In this document: one piece after another, positions 45,265-54,855 of the stretch
How positions within the stretch are numbered: position 1 is the stretch's first letter
Layout: every line of letters starts with the position of its first letter
Assembly: GCA_029265435.1 (NCBI GenBank)
Contig: JAJUJH010000002.1
Location: 5,361-69,360 of the forward strand
Length of the DNA stretch: 64,000 nt
From: Clostridiales bacterium
GTDB taxonomy: Bacteria; Bacillota; Clostridia; Christensenellales; SZUA-584
Direction of reading: 5' to 3'
The notes under the pieces: generated by a model
Databases searched by the model: none
What the model was told of the DNA's origin: nothing
What the model saw: the letters and a program-made list of their open reading frames with translations, nothing else
Made by a program: the position numbers and the translations under genes

Positions 45265-46533
45265 CTAATCCACAAAATCAAACTCCAGCCCCTCAAGGCT
45301 CACCGTGTCGCCCGTCTTTGCGCCCGCCCGTCTCAGCGCCTTGATGACGCCGAAGTCATTGAGCAGCTTTTGGAAATGCCTCATCGAGTCGGGATCTTCG
45401 GGATTCGTCTTGGCGAGTATCTCCTGTATCACGCTGCCCTCCACATAATAGATGCCGTCCTGGGCCACCACATCGAAGCCCATGTCTTCCTTTTCAAGCG
45501 CCCATTCCTCGATCACGCCGTCTTCCGCCACGGGCATCGGAGCAGGCAGCCTGTCGAGCATTTCCGATGCCTTTTCGAGCAGCGCCTCCGTGCCTTCGCC
45601 GATCGCCGCGCACACCTCAAACACCTCCACGCCCCTCGGCTTTAAATAGTCGCGCAGGCGTTTTGCGTTTTCATCCGAGCCCGGCGCGTCCATTTTGTTC
45701 GCCGCGACGATTTCGGGCCGTTCCTCAAGCTCTTTCGAGTAACTCAGCAGTTCGCGGCGTATCACCTCGTAATCTTCTATGATATCGCGCCCCTCGGCGC
45801 ACGATGCGTCGGCCACGTGAATCAGCATCCGTGTGCGCTCGATATGGCGCAGAAAATCATGTCCCAGCCCCGCGCCCTCATGCGCGCCCTCAATAAGCCC
45901 CGGTATATCCGCCATGATGTAGCTCTTGTCACGCCACCGGACTACGCCGAGGTTGGGAGACAGCGTGGTAAAATGGTATTCCGCGATTTTGGGCCGCGCG
46001 CTGGTGCATGCGGCAAGCAGCGTGGATTTCCCGACGCTCGGGAATCCGATCAGCCCGATATCCGCGATGGACTTGAGCTCGAGCACCACCGAATGGCCCT
46101 TTGTTTTACGCCCCTGCGTCGCGAACCGCGGGTTCTGCCTTGTGGGCGTCGCAAACCGCGCGTTTCCGAGGCCGCCCTTTCCGCCCGAAAGCAGCGTGCG
46201 CCTCCCCTCGCGCATATCCGCCGCCACACGCCCCGTCTCATAGTCTTTGATGACGGTGCCCGGCGGTACCTTGATCACAAGATCGTCGCCCGTCTTGCCG
46301 CGCATGTTTTTCTTTTTCCCCGATTCTCCGTTTTGGGCAACGTACTTGTGCTGGAATTTGAAATCCATCAGCGTGCGCAGATTCGGGTCCACCTCAAACA
46401 CCACCGAACCGCCGTCGCCGCCGTCGCCGCCGTCCGGACCGCCCGCGTTCACGTATTTTTCTTTCCGGAACGATACGCTGCCGTCGCCGCCGTCGCCCGC
46501 TTTTATGTATATTTTCGCCTTGTCAACAAACAT
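45265..46533 (-). CDS. obg: GTPase Obg/CgtA
   Basis: MFVDKAKIYIKAGDGGDG glycine-rich Obg fold. G1 motif GFPSVGKST. C-terminal TGS-like/OCT domain. Confidence 0.93.
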   Translation of the reverse strand: MFVDKAKIYIKAGDGGDGSVSFRKEKYVNAGGPDGGDGGDGGSVVFEVDPNLRTLMDFKFQHKYVAQNGESGKKKNMRGKTGDDLVIKVPPGTVIKDYETGRVAADMREGRRTLLSGGKGGLGNARFATPTRQNPRFATQGRKTKGHSVVLELKSIADIGLIGFPSVGKSTLLAACTSARPKIAEYHFTTLSPNLGVVRWRDKSYIMADIPGLIEGAHEGAGLGHDFLRHIERTRMLIHVADASCAEGRDIIEDYEVIRRELLSYSKELEERPEIVAANKMDAPGSDENAKRLRDYLKPRGVEVFEVCAAIGEGTEALLEKASEMLDRLPAPMPVAEDGVIEEWALEKEDMGFDVVAQDGIYYVEGSVIQEILAKTNPEDPDSMRHFQKLLNDFGVIKALRRAGAKTGDTVSLEGLEFDFVD

Positions 46534-46539
46534 CGATTA

Positions 46540-47163
46540 TCAAACCTTTCCGCCCGACGGGCAGATATCGAATAAAAAACACTCGCCACACTTCGGCTTA
46601 CGGGCAGTGCAGACCCTGCGCCCGTGCCATATCAGCCAATGATGCGCGTCCGACCACTTGTCCATCGGTATATTCCGCATAAGCTGCGTTTCCGTTTCCC
46701 GCACGTCTTTGGCGTCGGCCAGCCCCAGCCGGTTTGAAACGCGAAACACATGCGTATCCACCGCGATCGCGGGTATCCCAAAAGCGTTCGAGAGCACCAC
46801 GTTGGCCGTTTTGCGTCCCACGCCGGGCAGCGCCGTCAGCTCTTCCATAGTGCTCGGTACGTCTCCGCCGTATCTGTCCGCGAGGATTCGGCACGCCCCC
46901 AGAAGGTTCTGAGCCTTTGTATGGTAAAAGCCGCAGCTTTTGATGTATCGCTCCAGCTCGGCCGGTTCAAGCGCCGCCATGCTTTTTGCGTCCGGCGCGG
47001 CGGCAAAAAGCTTTTCCGTAACGGCGTTGACCTGCTTGTCCGTCGTTTGTGCGGAAAGCATCACCGCGACGAGCAGTTCAAAAGCGTTTCTAAAACGGAG
47101 AGCGGGCCGCGCGCCGAAATAATGCCGCTCCAGCCTTCTTAGTATTTCCTTTTTGTCATCCAT
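46540..47163 (-). CDS. nth: Endonuclease III
   Basis: HhH-GPD (LPGVGRKTANVVL) and 4Fe-4S loop CTARKPKCGECFLFDIC. Confidence 0.92.
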   Translation of the reverse strand: MDDKKEILRRLERHYFGARPALRFRNAFELLVAVMLSAQTTDKQVNAVTEKLFAAAPDAKSMAALEPAELERYIKSCGFYHTKAQNLLGACRILADRYGGDVPSTMEELTALPGVGRKTANVVLSNAFGIPAIAVDTHVFRVSNRLGLADAKDVRETETQLMRNIPMDKWSDAHHWLIWHGRRVCTARKPKCGECFLFDICPSGGKV

Positions 47164-47295
47164 TTTTATCCCCTTGCGCTGTTATTATATCAGGCGGAGG
47201 CGGTAAAAAACAACGTCATTTCGGCCGTTATCCGTCCGCGCACGCGCAAGCCGCCAAAACCGAATAATTTGAAAAACAGCGCAAAAAATAACCGT

Positions 47296-48000
47296 ATGTT
47301 CAACGTGATTATCAAAACCGCCATACTCTACTTTTTTGCCATGCTGGTCATCCGCCTGATGGGCAAGCGGCAGGCGGGCGAGCTGCAGCCTTTCGAGCTG
47401 ATCATTGCCGTCATGATCGCGGAGGTCGCGGCGACGCCTATGGACGGCCCCGGCATACCCATCACATACGGCATCGTGCCGGTGGTGGTGCTGCTTGTGC
47501 TGCATAACCTGATCGCCTATATATCCATCAAGAGCGACAAGGCGCGCGGTTTCTTTTCGGGCAAACCGAGCATCGTCATCCACAAGGGCATCGTATGCCG
47601 CGAAGAGCTGAAAAAGCAAAGCTACAACCTGAACGACCTTATCGAGCAGCTTCGAAGCAAAAACGTGATGAACCTGAGCGACGTGCATTATGCGGTGCTC
47701 GAGACAAACGGGGAGCTCAGCGTTATGCTCAAGCCCCAAAAGCGCCCGCTCACGCCCGAGGATATGAACATGTCTCCGCAAAACCCCGGTTTTTGCTACG
47801 ACGTGATACTCGACGGCAAGCTGAAATCCGACAATCTTCAGCGTCTCGGGTTTACCGTCAGCCAACTGGAGCACGCTTTACAAACGCTCAATTTCAAACG
47901 CCCGCGCGATGTGTTCCTTGCGCTTGCGGACGAATCGGGCAGCGTGCTGTTTCAGGACTACCGCGGCCGGCAGTCAACGGGGAGGCTGACAAATGGCTAA
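47296..48000 (+). CDS. DUF421 (YetF-like) membrane protein
   Basis: IRLMGKRQAGELQPFELIIAVMIAE motif. Paired with a DUF4363 gene. Confidence 0.75.
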   Translation: MFNVIIKTAILYFFAMLVIRLMGKRQAGELQPFELIIAVMIAEVAATPMDGPGIPITYGIVPVVVLLVLHNLIAYISIKSDKARGFFSGKPSIVIHKGIVCREELKKQSYNLNDLIEQLRSKNVMNLSDVHYAVLETNGELSVMLKPQKRPLTPEDMNMSPQNPGFCYDVILDGKLKSDNLQRLGFTVSQLEHALQTLNFKRPRDVFLALADESGSVLFQDYRGRQSTGRLTNG

Positions 48001-48373
48001 GAAAATCACGATCGCCGTTCTGCTGGCTCTCATCATCGGCGGCGCGTTTCTTCAGCACGCCTATGTCACGGGCGCAACCGACGAGCTGAAAAACGATCTC
48101 AAACGTGTCGGCGAAGCGCTTCAAACCGACAATTTTGAAAAAGCGCTGGCCGCGTCTCAAACATTCAGCCAAAACTGGGAAAAAGAAAAGCGCCTCTACG
48201 AGATGCTTTTCAAACACGATGAAATCGATCTGATTTCCTCCTCCGCCGCCCGCTTAAGCGAGTACTGCGCGCAGCGCAGCAAGCCCGAAGCGCTCGCCGA
48301 AACGGCTGAAACGCTCTATTATATCCGCCATATCCATGCGATAGACAGCGTGAGCTTTGAAAACATTTTCTGA
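47993..48373 (+). CDS. DUF4363-family protein
   Basis: N-terminal TM. Helical body with WEKEKRLYEMLFKHDEID. Overlaps the end of the DUF421 gene by 8 nt. Confidence 0.7.
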   Translation: MAKKITIAVLLALIIGGAFLQHAYVTGATDELKNDLKRVGEALQTDNFEKALAASQTFSQNWEKEKRLYEMLFKHDEIDLISSSAARLSEYCAQRSKPEALAETAETLYYIRHIHAIDSVSFENIF

Positions 48374-48374
48374 A

Positions 48375-49202
48375 CTACCGCCACGAAAAGCTGTACGTCC
48401 AGCTGTCGGGGCAATCCGCGAGCGCGGGATCGGCCACGACGATGCCGCCCGGCAGCCCCAGCTCTTTGGCCGTCAGCTCGAAATGGCACGCCGCGATCCC
48501 AAGGTCGATGCGCTGCATGCAAAAGCCGTACAGCGTGTTGCCCGCATACAGCTTATCGGCCGCCATATAAAAATGCAGGGTGTTTCCGCGCTTGACGACG
48601 CGCCACGGCTGCTTGTTGGATGCGGACGGACCAATTCGGACCATCTCAAGGCATTTTTGAAGCGGGCCTTCCTCCAAAAACAGCGGCTTTTTGAAATCTC
48701 CGTCAAAGAAAACCTCTCCGAAGCGCTTGCGTTTTCTCGCGCCCGCGCCCGCCGCCACCATTTTTTCCGTCAGCGTCTTTTTCTCAGCGGCATAGCCGAC
48801 AGGAGATACGGCGGGCAGAAACTCGCTGTCCGGCTTTAAAATCGCCGTGAATGACGCACGCTTGAATGTGCCGCCCAGCCAGCAGGTGCCAAGCCCCTGC
48901 GCCGTCGCAAAAAGCACCGCTTTTTCAAACGCGTACCCGAAGCCTTCCATATCCATGCCGCCTTTTTTCACACAGCCCGCAAAAAACGTTTTAGCGCCTT
49001 TGATGAAACCGTACGTCCCCAGCTTTCCCGAGCCGCCTTCCACCATTTCAAAACGCACCTTGGCATGAAAAGGATTTTCCGCCGCCGTACCGAAATAGCC
49101 TTTCAACTGCGCGAGCTTTTCCGCTTCCACCGGCTTTTTGTCATAAGTCCTTACGGACGTTCTTTTTTCGATCAGTTCAATCACGCTTTGGTTCAATAAC
49201 AT
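48375..49202 (-). CDS. Nitroreductase-family protein
   Basis: IEKRTSVRTYDKKPV start and PSASNKQPWR motif. Start set to ATG 49202; the track extension would overlap rodA. Confidence 0.75.
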   Translation of the reverse strand: MLLNQSVIELIEKRTSVRTYDKKPVEAEKLAQLKGYFGTAAENPFHAKVRFEMVEGGSGKLGTYGFIKGAKTFFAGCVKKGGMDMEGFGYAFEKAVLFATAQGLGTCWLGGTFKRASFTAILKPDSEFLPAVSPVGYAAEKKTLTEKMVAAGAGARKRKRFGEVFFDGDFKKPLFLEEGPLQKCLEMVRIGPSASNKQPWRVVKRGNTLHFYMAADKLYAGNTLYGFCMQRIDLGIAACHFELTAKELGLPGGIVVADPALADCPDSWTYSFSWR

Positions 49203-49290
49203 CGGCAATTCCTTCCTTTCGCAGAGACGATTTCTTTTTTTCTGATATGCGCCTTTTGCAGCCTGCCGAGTTCCGTTTGCCGCGAGGCGT

Positions 49291-50472
49291 TCAAAAGCTC
49301 CATCGCTGCCTTCGCATGCTGACATTGATCACAAGCCCGAAGGAGATCATATTGGTGAGCAGATTTGATCCGCCATAGCTCATAAAAGGCAGCGGAATGC
49401 CCGTAATGGGCATCACGCCGATGTTCATGCCGATGTTCTCAAAAATGTGGAACAGCGTCATCGCCGCCACACCAACGATAATCAAAGACCCGAAATCGTC
49501 TTTGGCTTTTGTGGCGAGATACAGCGTGCGGAATATCAGCAGTATATAGAGCAGCAGCATCACCGCCACGCCGGCAAAGCCGACAGCTTCGGCGGTCGAG
49601 GCAAATATGAAGTCGGTCTGTTTTGCGAACATATCCGACATCTTGCTCTCTCCGCCGAGTGAAAACAGCCCCTTGCCGGACGCCTGACCCGAACCCACGG
49701 CGATGATGGCCTGTTTCGACTGCATCCCCATATCCTCGATTTGCTGCTTTGTCATATCCGGCGTCGCGATTCCCAAAAACGAGTAGATTCTGTTCTTCTG
49801 CCAGTCCGCCATCAGCAGCCACGCGACCGGCACGGCTGCTCCGGCAGCCAAAAACATGCCGCCGATCAGCTTTAAGCTTGTCCGCGCCATAAAAAGCATG
49901 GAGACAAAAGTGAACACATATACGAACGCAGTCCCCCAGTCCGGCTGAATGACGATCAGTCCAAACGGGATGATAAAAACGCCGAGTATCGGCGCAATGT
50001 CCTTCACCTTTCTGATGCCGCCGTCGTGCCCCTGCGTCTTTTTGGAAATCATGTGCGCCATCACAATGATCATGCCGATTTTTCCGACCTCGCTTGGCTG
50101 AAATCCCGATGAGCCGATACGGAACCAGCCCGTCGTACCGTTGATTTGCGAACCGAACAGGTAAACCGCCACCAGAAGCGCGACAATGATCAGATAAATC
50201 CACTTATAGTATTCCTCGATCGCATGGTAATCAGGCAGCAGCACGATGAACATCGCCAAAAGGCCGACGCCGAACCACGCAAGCTGCTGAAGCGAATGTG
50301 ACAGATCCAGCTGCGCGATGGCCGCGCTTAACGACCCCGTATTTTCGGTCAGCGGCTCGGAATCGGCGCTTGCAATGGCCACAAAGCTGAACAGCACCAG
50401 CGCGACAATGTTGGCAAACAGCAGCCAGTCGATGAATTTAAACATTCTTGGATCTATGAATTTGGACTTCAA
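49291..50472 (-). CDS. rodA: SEDS-family peptidoglycan glycosyltransferase (RodA/FtsW/SpoVE)
   Basis: 10-TM SEDS protein with QPSEVGKIGMII, TDFIFAS and PFMSYGGSNLL motifs. Confidence 0.85.
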   Translation of the reverse strand: MKSKFIDPRMFKFIDWLLFANIVALVLFSFVAIASADSEPLTENTGSLSAAIAQLDLSHSLQQLAWFGVGLLAMFIVLLPDYHAIEEYYKWIYLIIVALLVAVYLFGSQINGTTGWFRIGSSGFQPSEVGKIGMIIVMAHMISKKTQGHDGGIRKVKDIAPILGVFIIPFGLIVIQPDWGTAFVYVFTFVSMLFMARTSLKLIGGMFLAAGAAVPVAWLLMADWQKNRIYSFLGIATPDMTKQQIEDMGMQSKQAIIAVGSGQASGKGLFSLGGESKMSDMFAKQTDFIFASTAEAVGFAGVAVMLLLYILLIFRTLYLATKAKDDFGSLIIVGVAAMTLFHIFENIGMNIGVMPITGIPLPFMSYGGSNLLTNMISFGLVINVSMRRQRWSF

Positions 50473-50789
50473 CGCACGCAGCTCCTCAAAGAATATTTAC
50501 AAATCCATTGCAATTATAACACAAATATTAAATCCGTGGTATACCGACTCAGTAAGTTTACAATTGGCGTCTTGTAACTAACATATCAGAAATCAACCGC
50601 AAAATAAAGGGCAAGTTGAGGGCAGCCGGAATCCGCGTCTTTGACCGGAAAAGGCGCAACAAAAAACCGCCGTTTTTCATACTCGATTTTACAGCACCCG
50701 TTTTTTCAGCGGTTCAGGCAATATAGACAAAACGGCCGGCAAAATGGTATATTGAATGCGCGCATTTTGATGGAGACGAGGAGGAAAAA

Positions 50790-52337
50790 ATGGCGTACAG
50801 GGCGCTTTACCGCACCTGGCGGCCCGCGCGGTTTGCCGAGGTTTCGGGGCAGGAGCATATCGTCAAAGTGCTTGCGGGGCAGATTGAGGCCGGCCGTATT
50901 GCGCACGCATACCTTTTTTCGGGGCCTCGCGGTACCGGCAAAACAAGCCTTGCCAAAATATTCGCCCGGGCGGTCAACTGTACCGACAGTCACGGCGGCG
51001 AACCCTGCGGCCGATGCGCCGTATGCCTTGAAACGGCGTCTGAAAACCCCGTGGATATTGTGGAGATCGACGCGGCGTCCAACAACGGCGTGGACAGCGT
51101 CCGCGAAATACGCGACCGCGTGAACCTTCTGCCCGCCGTCTGCCGCTTTAAAGTCTACATCATCGACGAAGTGCATATGCTCTCAAAGGGGGCGTTTAAC
51201 GCTTTATTAAAAACGCTCGAAGAACCGCCCTCGCATGTGATTTTTATTCTCGCTACCACCGAGCCGCACAAGCTGCCCGCCACGATACTATCGCGCTGCC
51301 AGCGTTTCGATTTTAAACGCATATCCATCGACGACATCACGGCAAGGCTGACCGAGGTCGCAAAGGGTGAAGGCTACCGGTTCGAGCCCGAAGCGCTGCG
51401 CACGATCGCCCAGGCGGCGGAAGGCGGCTTGCGCGACGCGCTGTCGATTCTCGACCAATGCGCGTCATCGGGGGCGGTCACACAGCAAAGCGTATCGGCG
51501 GCGCTGGGAAGCGGCGGTGCGCAGCAGCTGTACGGCCTTATTGACAGCATCACCGCTTACGACGAGAAAAACGCGCTGGAGCGGCTGGCGGCGCTGCTGG
51601 GGGCGGGCGCGGATACGCGTGCGCTGATTAAAGACCTTGGCGAAGCCTTCCGGCGCATGATGTGGCTTTCCGTCGGAGCGGGAAATGAAGATGACGGCGG
51701 CCTTAAAGCAATGGCCGAAAGATTCGGGAAGAACGCCTGCGTACGCGCCTTGAATATACTGATACAAAAGGAATATGAAATGCGCCAGAACCTGCGTGCC
51801 GACATCGTGCTCGAAACGGCGGTAATGGCACTGATGGCGCCGGAGGACGACGAAAGCGCCTCCGACAAAACGCGCATCGAAAAGCTCGAAGCGCGCGTGG
51901 CGGCGCTCGAACAGCGCCCCCCTGCCGCGCCTGTTCCGGAGGCTGAACCGGCGCATGGGAAGCCGGCCAAGCCGGCGTCAAAAACGCCGAAGGCGGCGCC
52001 CTCGGTGCAGTCCCCGTCTGACCGGGGAGACGCACAGGAGCTTTGGCAAAAGATGCTGCTCCGGCTAAGGAACGACGCGCCTTATGCGTACCAGCCCGCT
52101 TCAAAAGCCAGAAAAGCGGCCTTCAAGGGGCGTGATATGCTCGAGGTGACGTTCGACGGCAGCTCCGGCGTATGGGTCGATTTATTGAAGCAGCCCGCCG
52201 CCGAAAAGGCGCTTTCGGAGGCGCTGGAAAAAACGGCGGGCACACCGCTGAAGATCACTTTTCTTACCGAAAAGGAATCCAAAGCGGATAATACGGACAT
52301 ACTTGCGATGTTTGGAGATAAAGTGGAAGAAATATAA
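50790..52337 (+). CDS. dnaX: DNA polymerase III subunit gamma/tau
   Basis: YRALYRTWRP...GPRGTGKTS Walker A. Zinc module CGRCAVC. DEVHML box. dnaX-ybaB-recR synteny. Confidence 0.93.
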   Translation: MAYRALYRTWRPARFAEVSGQEHIVKVLAGQIEAGRIAHAYLFSGPRGTGKTSLAKIFARAVNCTDSHGGEPCGRCAVCLETASENPVDIVEIDAASNNGVDSVREIRDRVNLLPAVCRFKVYIIDEVHMLSKGAFNALLKTLEEPPSHVIFILATTEPHKLPATILSRCQRFDFKRISIDDITARLTEVAKGEGYRFEPEALRTIAQAAEGGLRDALSILDQCASSGAVTQQSVSAALGSGGAQQLYGLIDSITAYDEKNALERLAALLGAGADTRALIKDLGEAFRRMMWLSVGAGNEDDGGLKAMAERFGKNACVRALNILIQKEYEMRQNLRADIVLETAVMALMAPEDDESASDKTRIEKLEARVAALEQRPPAAPVPEAEPAHGKPAKPASKTPKAAPSVQSPSDRGDAQELWQKMLLRLRNDAPYAYQPASKARKAAFKGRDMLEVTFDGSSGVWVDLLKQPAAEKALSEALEKTAGTPLKITFLTEKESKADNTDILAMFGDKVEEI

Positions 52338-52348
52338 GGAGGTCAGTC

Positions 52349-52690
52349 ATGGCAAAGAGAAAATCATTCGGCGGCGGCGCGATGAACATGGGCTCTATGC
52401 TCGCTAAGGCGCAGAAAATGCAGGCGGATATGGCGGCGGCGCAGGCTGAAGCCGAGCAGACGGAAGTGGAGGCTGCGGCGGGCGGCGGAGCCGTTACCGT
52501 CAAGGCGAACGGCGCGAAAAAAATCATCGGCATCAAAATCTCTCCCGAAGCGGTGGACCCCGACGATATCGAAATGCTTGAAGACATGATCACGGCGGCG
52601 GTCAACGAAGCGATCGCGAAAGCCGACGCGGTTATGCAGCATAAAATCAGCGCGGTCACCGGCGGCATCGATCTCGGGGGCATGTTCTGA
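52349..52690 (+). CDS. ybaB: YbaB/EbfC nucleoid-associated protein
   Basis: MLAKAQKMQADMAAAQAE...VTVKANG...I.I.PE is typical of the family. Synteny. Confidence 0.9.
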   Translation: MAKRKSFGGGAMNMGSMLAKAQKMQADMAAAQAEAEQTEVEAAAGGGAVTVKANGAKKIIGIKISPEAVDPDDIEMLEDMITAAVNEAIAKADAVMQHKISAVTGGIDLGGMF

Positions 52691-52691
52691 T

Positions 52692-53297
52692 TTGAGCGGC
52701 ATCATTGAACCTGTGGCGCGGCTGATCAACCAGTTTGCCAAGCTTCCGGGCATCGGGCAAAAGACCGCGCAGCGGCTTGCTTTCCATGTGATACATATGA
52801 GCGGCGCCGACGTGGAGGAATTCGCGAAGGACCTTGTAAACGCCAAAAATGCGGCGGTATACTGCCCGAACTGCGGCAACCTCATGCAGCAGGGAGAGTC
52901 GCTCTGCGCCATATGCGCCGACCCTCTGCGCGACAGCACGCTGATCTGCGTCGTTTCGGATATCAAAGACGTTCTCGCCATTGAAAAAACGCGCGAATTC
53001 AAAGGCGTCTATCATGTGCTGCACGGCGTGATTTCGCCGATGGACGGCATCGGCCCGGACGACATCAACATCGCGGGGCTGATCGACCGGCTGGCGCGCG
53101 GCGATACCTCCGAGGTGATACTCGCAACCAACCCGGACGTGCAGGGAACGGCCACTGCCGCATATATCGCCAAAACCATCCGTCCGCTGGTCGGGAAAAT
53201 CACGCGCATCGCGCACGGCGTTCCTGTGGGCGCGGACCTTGAATATACGGATGAGGTGACGCTTTCGCGCGCCATTGAAGGACGCACGCCGTATTAA
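52692..53297 (+). CDS. recR: Recombination protein RecR
   Basis: LPGIGQKTAQRLAFH HhH. C4 zinc finger CPNCG...CAIC. Toprim. Confidence 0.93.
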   Translation: MSGIIEPVARLINQFAKLPGIGQKTAQRLAFHVIHMSGADVEEFAKDLVNAKNAAVYCPNCGNLMQQGESLCAICADPLRDSTLICVVSDIKDVLAIEKTREFKGVYHVLHGVISPMDGIGPDDINIAGLIDRLARGDTSEVILATNPDVQGTATAAYIAKTIRPLVGKITRIAHGVPVGADLEYTDEVTLSRAIEGRTPY

Positions 53298-53360
53298 CGA
53301 GTATATTAATTGCGCTTTTTGGCTATAATCCCCATCATCACTGGAACGGGAGGATGCGGT

Positions 53361-53549
53361 ATGGATGCCAACGAGTATGCGGCCGAAGTGAAACGCGCAT
53401 ATGCCATTTGGCAGGCGGCGCAAAACTACTTTGACAATGTGGCGGATCCAGACTTGGTCGATTTTGCGATATACGACATGGAAGCCGCCAGAAAACGATA
53501 TGTCTACATGCTCAAAAAAGCGCGCGAACTGCATAAAGAGGCTCTTTGA
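53361..53549 (+). CDS. DUF2508 (YaaL-like) small protein
   Basis: Position after recR, as in Bacillus yaaL. Sequence FDNVADPDLVDFAIYDMEAARKRYVYMLKKAR. Start ATG 53361 after GGGAGG. Confidence 0.7.
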   Translation: MDANEYAAEVKRAYAIWQAAQNYFDNVADPDLVDFAIYDMEAARKRYVYMLKKARELHKEAL

Positions 53550-53740
53550 CGTTTATTCGGGGCGGAAACGGCCGTCCCGATTTTCGTATTGACAGTTTTC
53601 TCAATTTGCGCCCCGTCGCCATCAAAAACGGGGCGTTTTCTATGGTTGCCGGCATATGAGCCGCAAACTTGCATCCCAACGGCGCACGGCATTTTCTTGC
53701 CGGTCGTATGCGGTTTTGCATAAAAAAACCATATTTAATC

Positions 53741-53769
53741 TTGTATATGTGCCTTTTATGCCGTATAAT
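53741..53769 (+). promoter_or_regulatory. Sigma-A promoter upstream of the HD-GYP gene
   Basis: TTGTAT, 17 nt, TATAAT. Confidence 0.6.
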
Positions 53770-53885
53770 TTCTGTAACGACCTGTTTATTCATACCAATA
53801 TCGCTGACAAGTGAGGCAAATCGTGCGCACGAAGAAACGCGGTGATAACCAAAGCCAAAAAAACGGGGAACGGGGGCCTTGTTTG

Positions 53886-54581
53886 ATGCTCGAAAAAATG
53901 CAGCTCATCGGCTGCAAAATCGCAAAAACACCCCCCCGCGACGTTGACGAAAACCAATGCTTCATTTGCGATTCGGACAAACTGGAATACCCAACGGATA
54001 TCGTCCGGCAGATTTTTGCCGATTCCGCCCAAAAAAAGTGGCGGCAGGTGCTCGACTCGCTCTATACTCGCTATGGATGGGTTTATGAGCATTCCGTCAA
54101 TGTGGCGCTGATTTTGGCAATGATCGGGGCGGAGCTTCATTTGGACGCCGCATCGCTTTATCGTCTGACGCTCGGCGGGCTGCTGCACGATGTCGGAAAG
54201 CTCATGATTCCCATGACAATCATACAGAAAGACACGACGCTGAACGATTCGGAAATGGCGCTAGTCAAAAAGCACAGCGAGCTTGGCGTAAGCCTTGTTG
54301 CGGGCTGCAATCTGCATGACGACTGCATGGCCGTCATCATGCAGCATCATGAGCGTTTGGACGGCAGCGGCTATCCGTCCGGGCTCAAATCAACTGCTAT
54401 CCATCCGTTTGCCAAAATCGCGATGATTGCCGACGTGCTTGACGCCATCACTTCTTACAGGCCTTATCGGCCCGCCAAAAGCATCGACGAAGCCGTCACG
54501 CTGATCAAAAACGAACAGGACAAGTTCTGCCAAGAATACGTTTCTGTTCTTGAAACGCTCCATCAGGAGAACTTCACATAA
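53886..54581 (+). CDS. HD-GYP domain c-di-GMP phosphodiesterase
   Basis: LLHDVGK and HHERLDGSGYP motifs. The start is uncertain: GTG 53811 in the track, or ATG 53886 with a G-rich RBS. Confidence 0.85.
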   Translation: MLEKMQLIGCKIAKTPPRDVDENQCFICDSDKLEYPTDIVRQIFADSAQKKWRQVLDSLYTRYGWVYEHSVNVALILAMIGAELHLDAASLYRLTLGGLLHDVGKLMIPMTIIQKDTTLNDSEMALVKKHSELGVSLVAGCNLHDDCMAVIMQHHERLDGSGYPSGLKSTAIHPFAKIAMIADVLDAITSYRPYRPAKSIDEAVTLIKNEQDKFCQEYVSVLETLHQENFT

Positions 54582-54642
54582 TAATAAGTATTCATCGGCT
54601 GTCGCATGGCTGCCGGAAAGTATATTTGAAAGAGGGGTTTTT

Positions 54643-54855
54643 TTGGTCTGTTCACGCTGCGGCAGCCAAAACGTGGCCGTCAATGCCGTCTCCGAAGTGC
54701 GCCCGCGAGGGTGCCTTCTTACGCTATTTTATATCGTTCTTTTGCTCATCCCCGTTATCGGCTGGTTCGCGCTTTTCCTGCTGATCCGCGGCAGAGGTTC
54801 GCGAACCGTCACATATGCCGTCTGCCAGAATTGCGGCCGCAGACGGCGGATATAG
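54643..54855 (+). CDS. Small (70 aa) CxxC-hydrophobic-CxxC membrane zinc-ribbon protein (LITAF-like architecture)
   Basis: TTG start after AGAGGGG. Sequence VCSRCGSQN...LLTLFYIVLLLIPVIGWFALFLLI...CQNCGRRRRI. Overlaps the last 132 nt of the convergent EAL ORF. Confidence 0.5.
   Translation: MVCSRCGSQNVAVNAVSEVRPRGCLLTLFYIVLLLIPVIGWFALFLLIRGRGSRTVTYAVCQNCGRRRRI

Noticed and set aside
50580-50789. Possible SRP (4.5S/scRNA) gene upstream of dnaX, as in Bacillus
   Set aside because: I could not find the conserved domain IV motifs (GGUGCUGUUU...AGCAGG...GAAGGAAGCAGCC-type helix 8). The region looks like ordinary promoter and leader sequence.
53700-53725. TGCGGTTTTGC match to the repeat-family core, considered as a fourth copy
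   Set aside because: Only about 10-11 nt match, with no flanking similarity. Most likely chance.
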